Virus record (IMG/VR): IMGVR_UViG_3300029422_000005
Source: a virus
Length of the DNA stretch: 58,960 bases
Direction: 5' to 3' (one strand)
Positions 43,664 through 52,074 of the stretch are shown piece after piece (the stretch's first letter is position 1; every line of letters begins with the position of its first letter). The translations under genes were made by a program, and so were the position numbers. Below the pieces are notes generated by a model that saw nothing but the letters and a program-made list of their open reading frames with translations, made no database searches and was not told the DNA's origin.

Positions 43664-44395
43664 ATGAAACACTTGGGCGACATCACAAAGATTCACGGCG
43701 ACAAGATAGAGCCCGTGGACTGCATCACGTTCGGAAGCCCATGTCAGGATTTGTCCATTGCTGGACGCAGGGTGGGACTTGCGGGCGAACGCTCCGGGTT
43801 GTTCATGGAAGCGGTTCGAATCATAAAAGAAATGAGGTCAAGCACAAATGGACTGTATCCAACTTTCGCTGTTTGGGAAAACGTGCCCGGGGCTTTCAGT
43901 TCCAACGGCGGAGAAGATTTCAGAGCCGTGCTGGAAGAGCTTGCCCGCGTGGGACAACCAGACGCTTCAATTCCTAGACCTCCGAGGGGGGGCAGATGGA
44001 GCAAAGCCGGAGCAATCGCCGGAAACGGATGGTCTTTGGCTTGGCGACAGCTTGACGCTCAATATTGGGGAGTCCCCCAACGCCGAAAGAGAATCGCTCT
44101 TGTCGTGGATTTTGGAGGTCAACGCGCCGGAGAAATATTATTTGAGCGCACGAGCCTGTCAAGGCATCCTGACCCGTGCATCCCGGCGTGGAAAGAAACT
44201 GCCGGACTTACTGCAAACTGCCCTACTGGAAATGATCGAGTGGTGGCAGGGGGGGCGGAACACAGCCTATACCTTGAAAATACGTTCGGGATGCACGGGC
44301 GGCGGCAAGAGCGCACTGGTACAAACGGAGAAAACCGGGACGCTATCGACGCTCCAAGACCAGACGCATTTCCAAGCGATTCCCGTCTTAAATGA
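43664..44395 (+). CDS. C5 DNA methyltransferase fragment carrying motifs IV, VI and VIII only (motif I absent)
   Basis: FGSPCQDLS (IV), WENVPGAF (VI), LDAQYWGVPQRRKR (VIII). Begins MKHLGDITKIHG. The tail after ...ILFERTSL looks non-protein-like. Confidence 0.7.
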   Translation: MKHLGDITKIHGDKIEPVDCITFGSPCQDLSIAGRRVGLAGERSGLFMEAVRIIKEMRSSTNGLYPTFAVWENVPGAFSSNGGEDFRAVLEELARVGQPDASIPRPPRGGRWSKAGAIAGNGWSLAWRQLDAQYWGVPQRRKRIALVVDFGGQRAGEILFERTSLSRHPDPCIPAWKETAGLTANCPTGNDRVVAGGAEHSLYLENTFGMHGRRQERTGTNGENRDAIDAPRPDAFPSDSRLK

Positions 44396-45164
44396 CCAAG
44401 GCGGAGGGGCGATGAGTGTGTCCTATAACATGACGGGGACATTGCGGGCATCGGAACACGGACACCAACCTATTGTTCTGGAAAGTAACCAAATCCACGC
44501 AACGGTTACACAGACCGGCATCTGCCCAACGCTTCCAGCAAGCATGGGCCTTGGCGGCGGGTATGTTCCAATGGTCACGGAAAGAAAAATATTTGATGCA
44601 AGAGGAAATGGTGACGGCCAGATAGTGCCGACAATCACAGGCGACCACGAAAACAGAATCACAGATTACACGGCTATTGCAATCGAACGCAAGACCTTCA
44701 ACGAACAGTCTTTCAGCCACTACAAGGAAAGTGGCAAATGCTCAACCTTGAAAGCAAAAGCTGGGAACATTGGCAATGGCAGCGAATGCCTGATTGCAGA
44801 GAAAACTATCCGTTGGATTGTCCGCCGCCTGACCCCTGCTGAATGCGAACGGTTACAAGGATTTCCGAGCGGATGGACGGACATTGGTGACTGGACGGAT
44901 AGCAAAGGAAAGAAGCACAAATACGCTGACAGTCCACGGTACAAGGCTCTGGGCAACTCAATCGCTTTGCCACAGTGGTTCTGGCTGGTGCAGAGGATGC
45001 GCCCTTACCTGAAAGAAAAGCCTACGCTGGGTAGCTTATTCGATGGTATTGGTGGTTTCCCTCTGGTCTGGCAAAGAGCATACGGCGAGGGTACTGCACG
45101 CTGGGCAAGCGAAATCGAAAGCTTCTGCGTAGCTGTAACAAAAAGGAGATTCGGCGAAGAATGA
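43848..45164 (+). CDS. C5 DNA methyltransferase partner: target-recognition-like region, motifs IX and X, then motif I at the extreme C-terminus. Overlaps the previous ORF by 548 nt in another frame
   Basis: RRLTPAECERLQGFPSGWT (IX), YKALGNSIALP (X), TLGSLFDGIGGFPL...WASEIE (I/II) at about 45030-45120. GAGG lies 10 nt before the ATG at 43848. Confidence 0.7.
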   Translation: MDCIQLSLFGKTCPGLSVPTAEKISEPCWKSLPAWDNQTLQFLDLRGGADGAKPEQSPETDGLWLGDSLTLNIGESPNAERESLLSWILEVNAPEKYYLSARACQGILTRASRRGKKLPDLLQTALLEMIEWWQGGRNTAYTLKIRSGCTGGGKSALVQTEKTGTLSTLQDQTHFQAIPVLNDQGGGAMSVSYNMTGTLRASEHGHQPIVLESNQIHATVTQTGICPTLPASMGLGGGYVPMVTERKIFDARGNGDGQIVPTITGDHENRITDYTAIAIERKTFNEQSFSHYKESGKCSTLKAKAGNIGNGSECLIAEKTIRWIVRRLTPAECERLQGFPSGWTDIGDWTDSKGKKHKYADSPRYKALGNSIALPQWFWLVQRMRPYLKEKPTLGSLFDGIGGFPLVWQRAYGEGTARWASEIESFCVAVTKRRFGEE

Positions 45165-45379
45165 TTACCTGTTGTCTCAACTGCAAATCACGCCACACAG
45201 CTTGCCACGACACTTGCGAGAAGTATAAGGCAGAGAAGAAAGACTTCGAGGAGCGCAAGGCATTCGTGTATGAGCTGAACCACAGCCAGAGCGTATACTA
45301 CCGCGACTACGAGGATAAGCACCGGGAGCGTGGTAAGAAGCGGTATCTCGGAAGTGAATTTAGAGGTGAACGAGGATGA
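45161..45379 (+). CDS. Cys-rich small protein (72 aa)
   Basis: ATGA overlap. CCLNCKSRHTACHDTC. Confidence 0.5.
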   Translation: MITCCLNCKSRHTACHDTCEKYKAEKKDFEERKAFVYELNHSQSVYYRDYEDKHRERGKKRYLGSEFRGERG

Positions 45380-45744
45380 GACTTGTTGACGTAGAGCCGA
45401 TTATTGAAGGGTGGAAAGAAACCGGGAACAGTAAAAAAGCCAAAGCTAAAGCGCTTATGAACAGCGGAATTTACTCTGAATACAATAAAGGTGTTGCCCT
45501 TGACGCCGCTTCTGACCTTGTTTTGGCACTTGCCGAACAGCTTGAAAACGCTCCATCAATTGCGTGGACAAATGTAAAAGACAAACAACCGAAAGAAGAT
45601 GGAATTTATCTTGCTGTTTACGATTCTTTGATCTGGGAAAATCTGATTGGGAAAAGGAAGTTTGTAAACGGAAAGTGGATTGACAATAAAAACCCAGTCA
45701 AGTTCTGGATGCTAATTCCTAAAATTCCGGGAGACAACGAATGA
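45376..45744 (+). CDS. DUF551-like protein (paralog of 47940-48314)
   Basis: MRLVDVEPIIEGWKETGNSKKAKAK... versus MKLVDVDPIIAAWKTVGVGKKNEAK... C-terminal ...KFWMLIPKIP. Confidence 0.6.
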   Translation: MRLVDVEPIIEGWKETGNSKKAKAKALMNSGIYSEYNKGVALDAASDLVLALAEQLENAPSIAWTNVKDKQPKEDGIYLAVYDSLIWENLIGKRKFVNGKWIDNKNPVKFWMLIPKIPGDNE

Positions 45745-46274
45745 ACACCGGGAAACAGTTTGAAGCAGACTTCAAAGCATCCGTTCCATCCGATGCGTGG
45801 TGCTACCGTCTGAAAGACAGTGCTGCCACATACTACGGCGGCAACGAGAACCTGTCATTTTCTATCGACAACATCTGCGACTTCCTTGTGTACCGATACC
45901 CGATGAACCACCTGTTCGAGCTGAAAACCATTGAAACACCCTCTATCCCTCTGGAAAAGGTGTTCGGTAAGTACGACAAGGCAAAGTGCAAATACCGCAA
46001 GGAAAAGCACATTACTGATATGGTGGAAGCAATGGGGTACGGCGGTCAGACCGCCCATGTGATAGTGAATTACAAGGCGGTCAACCGCACTTTTGCAATC
46101 CCAGCCAGCAAGGTTCTGGCGTTCCGTTACAACGAGAGCCGGAAGAGTATCCCTTGGCGGTGGGCAGAGCAAGAGGGGATAGAGGTCAAAGCAAAAAGGC
46201 TGCGTGTCCATTGGCGGTATGACGTGGATGGGCTGCTAAAGAGATTGGAGAAAGAACATGGCATTGATATGTAA
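45741..46274 (+). CDS. recU: RecU-like Holliday junction resolvase
   Basis: MNTGKQFEADF...DFLVYRYP..LFELKT... pattern (G..FE, D, E.K). Confidence 0.6.
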   Translation: MNTGKQFEADFKASVPSDAWCYRLKDSAATYYGGNENLSFSIDNICDFLVYRYPMNHLFELKTIETPSIPLEKVFGKYDKAKCKYRKEKHITDMVEAMGYGGQTAHVIVNYKAVNRTFAIPASKVLAFRYNESRKSIPWRWAEQEGIEVKAKRLRVHWRYDVDGLLKRLEKEHGIDM

Positions 46275-46431
46275 TAGGTGTGGTGAAATGTTTACACTTG
46301 AGGAATATAACAAAATGAAGAACAAACTTGAGGTTCGGCCAATAATCGGTGGAGAAGAAGGATGGAGCGTTCTTCTTTGCCCCTCTTGCATGGCAAAGCT
46401 GAACGATTGGCTGAAAGGAGAACAGAAGTGA
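46258..46431 (+). CDS. Zinc-ribbon 57-aa protein
   Basis: GGAGAAAG RBS. CNRCG...CPSC. Overlaps the recU 3' end by 17 nt. Confidence 0.4.
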   Translation: MALICNRCGEMFTLEEYNKMKNKLEVRPIIGGEEGWSVLLCPSCMAKLNDWLKGEQK

Positions 46432-46757
46432 GCAAGAAAGTTTCGGACATTCTGCCCAAGACGGAAATCTTGGCACAGTTGGCAGAAGAAGCATCTGAAC
46501 TGGCACAGGCCGCGTTGAAGCTGCGCCGTGCGCTGGATGGCACGAACCCGACACCGAAGAGCGTTGCGGAGTGTGAAGCGAATCTGCTGGAAGAATTTGC
46601 GGACATAAGTAACGCAATCAACGCTTTATGCAATGCTTGGTTTGGAGATGACCTCGATTCTGAATGCGAATTTTGGGACGAAGAGTTTGAAATTGAGGAT
46701 GCTAAATACAAGCGCTGGCTCTCTCACCTTGAATCAAAGGAGAATAAAAATGGCTGA
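46428..46757 (+). CDS. MazG-like all-alpha NTP-pyrophosphohydrolase-like protein
   Basis: AAAGGAG RBS before the GTG. ...LAEEASELAQAALKLRRAL...LLEEFADI... Confidence 0.4.
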   Translation: MSKKVSDILPKTEILAQLAEEASELAQAALKLRRALDGTNPTPKSVAECEANLLEEFADISNAINALCNAWFGDDLDSECEFWDEEFEIEDAKYKRWLSHLESKENKNG

Positions 46758-47013
46758 ATATCATGTTGGATGCGGGCTATTCGGAACCATCTATGCCGGA
46801 ACGATGATGAAGCAACGGAAAGATGGATTGCAACTATGGAGAAGCAAGTCTGATGTGACCGATGAAGCGGTCTCCGCTGTTCTGTCTCATTTTGTTATTG
46901 AAATGGATAGTTTAGACAAAGCGAAACTCGAAAAAGTGTGGGGCGTTATTGGAAACAAGAAGCTAAAAGTTACATTCGAGCTTTCCGCCGATAAGGAGCA
47001 GTCAGATGAATAA
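46750..47013 (+). CDS. Hypothetical protein (87 aa)
   Basis: Overlaps the upstream stop by 8 nt. MAEYHVGCGLFGTIYAGT... Confidence 0.5.
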   Translation: MAEYHVGCGLFGTIYAGTMMKQRKDGLQLWRSKSDVTDEAVSAVLSHFVIEMDSLDKAKLEKVWGVIGNKKLKVTFELSADKEQSDE

Positions 47014-47329
47014 GCACAGAAACCGCCCCTCGAATGGCAATCAGGCAATGTCATCCAACCTCCGCAAAATTGCACGGCAGAACCAGTTGTACGGCTTTCG
47101 CATGGCTCTGGATGGTGTCACCGCCACATGGGGCGCACTGATTCAGAACCTTCGGTGCGATGCAGACCTGACCGAGGAACAGGTGCAGAAAATCATCCGC
47201 ATCGGTGACAGGTACTGGGAGATGGTCGGCAAGTTCAAAGAAGAGGACATGACCCCTGACGAGTTTGCAGATTACATCACAGCAAAGTCAGAACAGGTTG
47301 AAAAAGAGCTGAGGGAAAGGTGGAGCTGA
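47006..47329 (+). CDS. Hypothetical protein (107 aa)
   Basis: ORF track. Overlapping start and stop with its neighbours. Confidence 0.55.
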   Translation: MNKHRNRPSNGNQAMSSNLRKIARQNQLYGFRMALDGVTATWGALIQNLRCDADLTEEQVQKIIRIGDRYWEMVGKFKEEDMTPDEFADYITAKSEQVEKELRERWS

Positions 47330-47586
47330 TGGCAATATTTTCGGTAGAAGCTATTTCGGAAATCACTTCAATAAATCCAAAGTCTTGCCGTATTAAAGGA
47401 GCAACGTTCACTTGTTACTTCTGCAATACTGCCATTTCTGTGTGTGATGCGCGCGTTGCAACTGCAATGGCAGATAATGGGGAAACTCCTATTTGTCCGA
47501 TTTGTGGAAAGAAAACCATATGCAGTCTATATGAGTTTCAATCGCACGAAAATCCAAACATCATAGAGGATGTTAGATGGAGGTAA
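47329..47586 (+). CDS. Zinc-ribbon-like hypothetical protein (85 aa)
   Basis: TGATG overlap. CYFCN...CPICG. Confidence 0.5.
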   Translation: MAIFSVEAISEITSINPKSCRIKGATFTCYFCNTAISVCDARVATAMADNGETPICPICGKKTICSLYEFQSHENPNIIEDVRWR

Positions 47587-47588
47587 CA

Positions 47589-47771
47589 ATGTTTGAATTT
47601 GTAACTCGCTGGCTGGTCTGCCTAGTCCTGCTGGCGGTAGTAGTTCAGTCCGAACGGACAATCAAAGACATGGCAGACAACCTATTTGAAAAACGTCAGG
47701 CAATGCTTGTCTGGCTGTTCATCAACGTGTGTCTGGTCGCTTGTACGGCAGTTGTGATGGGGTGGAAATGA
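47589..47771 (+). CDS. Small membrane protein (2 TM)
   Basis: GGAGG RBS. MFEFVTRWLVCLVLLAVVV... Confidence 0.5.
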   Translation: MFEFVTRWLVCLVLLAVVVQSERTIKDMADNLFEKRQAMLVWLFINVCLVACTAVVMGWK

Positions 47772-47935
47772 TGGACAACGAACTTTACTGCCCGATGAAG
47801 ATGACCAGCAATCCGCTTGGTCGGTGCGTATGCGAGAAAGAAAAGTGCGCTTGGTGGCGGCAGTTAGACAACTGCTGTTCCGTTTGGTGGATTGCAACCG
47901 AGTTGGACAAAATCGAAACGAAGATGAAGAGGTGA
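47768..47935 (+). CDS. Cys/Trp-rich 55-aa protein
   Basis: ATGA overlap. Confidence 0.4.
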   Translation: MMDNELYCPMKMTSNPLGRCVCEKEKCAWWRQLDNCCSVWWIATELDKIETKMKR

Positions 47936-47939
47936 GAGT

Positions 47940-48314
47940 GTGAAACTGGTTGATGTTGATCCAATTATTGCGGCTTGGAAAACTGTTGGTGTTGGCAAAA
48001 AGAATGAAGCGAAGTCGTTTTTGAATAGCAAAAACTTCATCGTATACATACAAGGACAAATCAGAAGTAGCATTGGAGATGTATTTTTAGATTTAGCAAA
48101 CGTATTGGAAAAATCTGAGCCCGCCAATATATGGTTTGATGCCAAGAAAGTTTTACCCGAAAAAGACAAAGAAGTTCTCGTAAAAAGAAAAAAGTTCGGC
48201 ATTGAAATTGCATTTTTATCTTATGACGGATTATGGCAAGAGCGCGACGAGTACATTGTATTTGGAGATGTAACTCATTGGGCGTATCTTCCTGAACCGC
48301 CAAAGGAGATCTGA
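47940..48314 (+). CDS. DUF551-like protein (paralog of 45376-45744)
   Basis: GTG start. C-terminal ...GDVTHWAYLPEPP. Confidence 0.6.
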   Translation: MKLVDVDPIIAAWKTVGVGKKNEAKSFLNSKNFIVYIQGQIRSSIGDVFLDLANVLEKSEPANIWFDAKKVLPEKDKEVLVKRKKFGIEIAFLSYDGLWQERDEYIVFGDVTHWAYLPEPPKEI

Positions 48315-48317
48315 CAC

Positions 48318-48659
48318 ATGGCAACGACAGAAATGAAAAAGCGAATTTACCTTGTTCTCGAAACCGAAGCGGACGAGGATGACAAGAGCATCCGTAGCGA
48401 TATTGAGCAAGAACTTGGAATGGCTACACATTATTTCGAAACCTGCTCTTATAGCGAAATCGGGTTTGAGGGCTTGTGGAGAAGCGCATTCGAGCAACCA
48501 CCTAAGAAAGAAGATGCAGATGAAAACGGCTATGTGATGGCGATTGCTGGCCCGATCACAAAGTCCGCTTGCGTAGGTTATCCATATAAGTGGTTGTGGA
48601 ATGAAGTTGCAAAGCATCCATGTGCATACCCTGTTTGGAAACCCATCAAGGAGGTCTGA
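48318..48659 (+). CDS. Hypothetical protein (113 aa)
   Basis: ORF track. Confidence 0.55.
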   Translation: MATTEMKKRIYLVLETEADEDDKSIRSDIEQELGMATHYFETCSYSEIGFEGLWRSAFEQPPKKEDADENGYVMAIAGPITKSACVGYPYKWLWNEVAKHPCAYPVWKPIKEV

Positions 48660-48662
48660 TAC

Positions 48663-49430
48663 ATGGCAACACCCCCGAAGCGTGGTCGTGGCAGACCGCC
48701 GCTGACCGAAGCTGAAAAGAAAAAGCGTGAGAAGCGGGCGCAAAAGGCGAAAGAAGAAGCCGCTGCGAAGCGTGAGAAAGAGCGAGAGAAGAAGAAGCAA
48801 CAGATGCTTAACAAGCGGAAATCTATCCGTTCACAGGTGAGTAAAAAGGTGAAAGAACAACAGGAGTTGGCAATCACGAGGTCTAAGATGATGAACACAG
48901 GCGATTTGCAGTCGAGAATCGGTGGCGAAGAGGACAAGAAGGTCATCGGCATGATTGCAGCCAAGTATTTTGGCGACCTTCCGAGCGTGGACATGAACAA
49001 CCCGATTGAAGTGCAGCAACGTCTTGACTTCTTCTTTGACGCTTGCATCGAAGCCAGAATCTCTCCTGTGGTGGAATGGATTGCACTGGTGCTGGGCATC
49101 GAATGGGTGAGCCTGAAGCAGATTATGGCGGGCAAACGCCGTGACGACAGCTTGCAGCAGAAGTACATCTTAAAGCTGATTCTGCAAATGCAGTCCATGT
49201 GGGCGTACAACGGTATGTACGGTCAGGAGAACCCGGCAGAGTGGATTTTCCGAGCTAAGAACTATTTTGGCATGAAGGATAACGTGGAAGTCACCGTTGC
49301 ACCGCCTGAACAGCCGTTGGGTGATGCCCAGAGCGCAGAGCAGTTGGCTCAGAAGTACCAGACAGCTTTGCCGAAAGGGATTGACGTTGAGTACAGAGAG
49401 GTGGCGAAAAATGAAACAACGGTTGGTTGA
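48663..49430 (+). CDS. terS: Terminase small subunit (GP3_package-like), with a Lys/Glu-rich N-terminal extension
   Basis: ...QQRLDFFFDACIEARISPVVEWIALVLGIEWVSLKQIMAG...NPAEWIFRAKNYFGMKDNVE... matches the HTH and ...KN.FG..D pattern of gp3-type TerS (from memory). Confidence 0.55.
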   Translation: MATPPKRGRGRPPLTEAEKKKREKRAQKAKEEAAAKREKEREKKKQQMLNKRKSIRSQVSKKVKEQQELAITRSKMMNTGDLQSRIGGEEDKKVIGMIAAKYFGDLPSVDMNNPIEVQQRLDFFFDACIEARISPVVEWIALVLGIEWVSLKQIMAGKRRDDSLQQKYILKLILQMQSMWAYNGMYGQENPAEWIFRAKNYFGMKDNVEVTVAPPEQPLGDAQSAEQLAQKYQTALPKGIDVEYREVAKNETTVG

Positions 49431-50196
49431 CTTCTCCGACCCGATTCTTTCAGCGGTGCTGTTTATCTTGCTTAAAGACCGTACTACCGGAAAAAACATC
49501 ATATGGGCGACAGAGCCACCGCCTGAACTAGGCGCAGGCTTTGCGGATGAAATCACGTTAGAACAAATCAAGAAGTGCCCGCCAGTGCCACGAGTTCTCA
49601 AGCGTCTGGATGAGCAGAAGCAAAGAACCAAAGCAAAAGCGGAGGTTTTCACTCCTTCTTGGGTCTGCAAAAAGATGATAGACATGGGCGAAGAAAACGG
49701 TGCGATGCCCGATATGAAGAAAGAGCCTATCAAGTACATCCATTCAACAGTCCTTGAAATCACTTGCGGAGAAGCACCGTTCCTTGTGAACCGATACGAC
49801 ACGGTAACAGGCAAAAAGATTCCAGTACCAAAACGGAAAGGACTATTTGACCGCAAACTGAAATGTGTAAACAACTGGTTTGATTGGAATGTCTGGACAT
49901 GGCACGATGTGGCAGAGGACGCAGCGATGACTACATACGGCTATGAGTGGCAGGGTGACAGCCTGTTGCTTGCAAGAGCAAATATGCTTCTGACATGGCG
50001 AGAGAACTTTAAGTGGCTGTTCGGCATAGAGCCTGACGCTGGAAAGGTTCGCAACATGGCTGCTATCATCTCATGGAACGTCTGGCAGATGGATGGGCTG
50101 AAAAAGACCGTGCCCGGCACGGACATTCCGTGCAAAATCAAAGACTGGAAAGCCGACAAAGAAATCCTGTTCAAGGACGTTGGGGAAGAAGAATAA
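49411..50196 (+). CDS. Hypothetical protein with a methyltransferase-like N-terminal pattern but a degenerate SAM motif
   Basis: EVFTPSWVCKKM then LEITCGEAPFL (compare LEPxCGxGxFL). No NPPY/DPPY seen. Confidence 0.5.
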   Translation: MKQRLVDFSDPILSAVLFILLKDRTTGKNIIWATEPPPELGAGFADEITLEQIKKCPPVPRVLKRLDEQKQRTKAKAEVFTPSWVCKKMIDMGEENGAMPDMKKEPIKYIHSTVLEITCGEAPFLVNRYDTVTGKKIPVPKRKGLFDRKLKCVNNWFDWNVWTWHDVAEDAAMTTYGYEWQGDSLLLARANMLLTWRENFKWLFGIEPDAGKVRNMAAIISWNVWQMDGLKKTVPGTDIPCKIKDWKADKEILFKDVGEEE

Positions 50197-50525
50197 TGTT
50201 TGCTAATATCTACGAAACCGCAAAGGATGTATCGTTCTGCGTTGCTGGATGTGCTGGTATGCTCTTTGCAACTAGCTTTTTCTTAAAACTTACGTTTGAT
50301 ATGATTTCCAAAGTCTACTATTTATACCGCACCCTTGGAAGAAGGGGGAAAGAGTTTCTGGAATACAGTCGTTGTCGTGGAGATTTTGACACATATCTGC
50401 GTGACCGTGAAAGTAAGAGGAAGTTTTGGGACGAATATTACAAGAAAAAATATCAGGATGAAGCAATAAAATGCACTGGCGATTGTTCTGATTGCTCGAA
50501 AGCGAATTGCTTGGACAGGGTTTGA
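50196..50525 (+). CDS. Membrane-anchored Cys-rich protein (109 aa)
   Basis: TAATG overlap. Hydrophobic N-terminus, C-terminal CTGDCSDCSKANC. Confidence 0.5.
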   Translation: MFANIYETAKDVSFCVAGCAGMLFATSFFLKLTFDMISKVYYLYRTLGRRGKEFLEYSRCRGDFDTYLRDRESKRKFWDEYYKKKYQDEAIKCTGDCSDCSKANCLDRV

Positions 50526-50536
50526 GGTGACAACTA

Positions 50537-50740
50537 ATGCAAACTGACAGAGGAATCTACCACAAGCGAGTATGTGACCGCTGCGGAGCGGTTCTGGGCG
50601 GCAGGATGATGAACCCTGACGAATACTTCAAGGACTGGTCGTGGCGCAGGGACACAGGCGACCTGTGCCCGGAGTGCTATGCAGAGTACAAGCGAGTGAT
50701 CGGGCGGTTCAACAGGGGAAAGAGAGGACAAAGAAAATGA
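50537..50740 (+). CDS. Zinc-ribbon protein (67 aa)
   Basis: CDRCG...CPEC. Confidence 0.5.
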   Translation: MQTDRGIYHKRVCDRCGAVLGGRMMNPDEYFKDWSWRRDTGDLCPECYAEYKRVIGRFNRGKRGQRK

Positions 50741-50970
50741 AAAAGTGTGCTCTTTACAGATGCAAACAGTGCTTTGCAACCATGGCGGACGAAGGCGATG
50801 TCAGAATCGACAAAGACATTGTTGATTGGATGTTTGAAAACGAAATGGAAGAAAGCAAAATTGGGTTTATCGCAAAGTTCAAAATAAGCGATAAAGTTCT
50901 CATCCATCGTTGCTCCAGTAACACCGTTGGATTGTGTGAGTTTATCGGATGGAAGGAGATAGAGGAATGA
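50737..50970 (+). CDS. Hypothetical protein (77 aa)
   Basis: ATGA overlap. Confidence 0.5.
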   Translation: MKKCALYRCKQCFATMADEGDVRIDKDIVDWMFENEMEESKIGFIAKFKISDKVLIHRCSSNTVGLCEFIGWKEIEE

Positions 50971-51206
50971 ACTTCTACTGCACAACCGAACATTGCTCTT
51001 GCATGGGCATCAAGCAGTTTTCCGCTGGCAAGGCTATCCGATGCACGGCAGAATCCTGCAAGAACAAATCTGAGCCGTCCTGTGGCTCTTGCAAATGGTA
51101 CGCAGAGCCGGAGGGCGTGTGTGTGAACGACCAGTCAGAATACGTTGCAGACTTCGTGTGGGACGAACGTGGATGCAAGGAATGGGAGAAAAAAGAGAAT
51201 GAGTAA
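50967..51206 (+). CDS. Cys-rich protein (79 aa)
   Basis: ATGA overlap. 11 Cys residues. Confidence 0.5.
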   Translation: MNFYCTTEHCSCMGIKQFSAGKAIRCTAESCKNKSEPSCGSCKWYAEPEGVCVNDQSEYVADFVWDERGCKEWEKKENE

Positions 51207-51423
51207 TCTTGGAAATGCGTTGATTGTGGTTTTAGCTTCTTTTCTGGTTGGAACATTTATATGTGGGATAGCATATCTCATTGAAAAAATTTTGATATGG
51301 GATATATTGTTGAACGAAATTTCCGATGAAAAGATAAAGGTTCTTGCGGATGCAATTCTCCACATTTTTACTTTTTTGATTGGATTTGTGGTCTTATATA
51401 CGATGTACAAGGCGGGAGTATAA
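51199..51423 (+). CDS. Small membrane protein (2 TM)
   Basis: Overlapping start. MSNLGNALIVVLASFLVGTFICGIAYL... Confidence 0.5.
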   Translation: MSNLGNALIVVLASFLVGTFICGIAYLIEKILIWDILLNEISDEKIKVLADAILHIFTFLIGFVVLYTMYKAGV

Positions 51424-51425
51424 AA

Positions 51426-51923
51426 ATGACAACAGGGGAGAAAATCAAGAAACGCAGGCTTGAACTTGGCATCACGCAGAAAGATGTTGCAAGGATGATT
51501 GGAACAACCAATGCGTATGTAAGTGCCGTTGAAAAGCAAAAGCGTGGCGTGAAGAAAGAAACGAGGCTGGCAAAATTCGCAGAAGCCCTTCAATGCAGCG
51601 TGAACGATTTGAAGTCGGATGCGACAAAAGGCACGGTAGACCCAACCAATGACGATTTCGGTGCAGTCTGCAACTGCGCTGTCCGCTACTGCTTGGGCAG
51701 ACGGTCATATATGCCTAGCTTTGTTTGCGGATACATCACACCACTCCTGCCGGAACTGACAGACAAGACGTTGGATTGTTTTGAACGTGACATTGCAGAA
51801 TGCAAGCGGACTGGTTTTGACTTTGGCGATTCCTGCGACTATGAGACGTGGGATGCGTTTTACAAGGCGCTTTGTAATGAGATTGAGAGGAGAAAGGGCG
51901 ATGGAAGCCAGACGACCGATTGA
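51426..51923 (+). CDS. XRE-family HTH protein with a C-terminal domain
   Basis: MTTGEKIKKRRLELGITQKDVARMIGTTNAYVSAVEKQKRG... Confidence 0.7.
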   Translation: MTTGEKIKKRRLELGITQKDVARMIGTTNAYVSAVEKQKRGVKKETRLAKFAEALQCSVNDLKSDATKGTVDPTNDDFGAVCNCAVRYCLGRRSYMPSFVCGYITPLLPELTDKTLDCFERDIAECKRTGFDFGDSCDYETWDAFYKALCNEIERRKGDGSQTTD

Positions 51924-52074
51924 TGCTAATGCACTACGGAAGCGCATTGAAGAATGGATGCAGGAATTAGAGCAAGAGTTTACTGTCGAGTACGCCTACA
52001 TGGGATATGCGCTTGATGATGTGCTTGATTACATCGACACTGCGCCAACAATCGAGGTGAAAAACAATGGCTAA
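51901..52074 (+). CDS. Hypothetical 57-aa protein
   Basis: GGAGAAAGGG RBS. In frame within ORF 51781-52074. Confidence 0.4.
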   Translation: MEARRPIDANALRKRIEEWMQELEQEFTVEYAYMGYALDDVLDYIDTAPTIEVKNNG

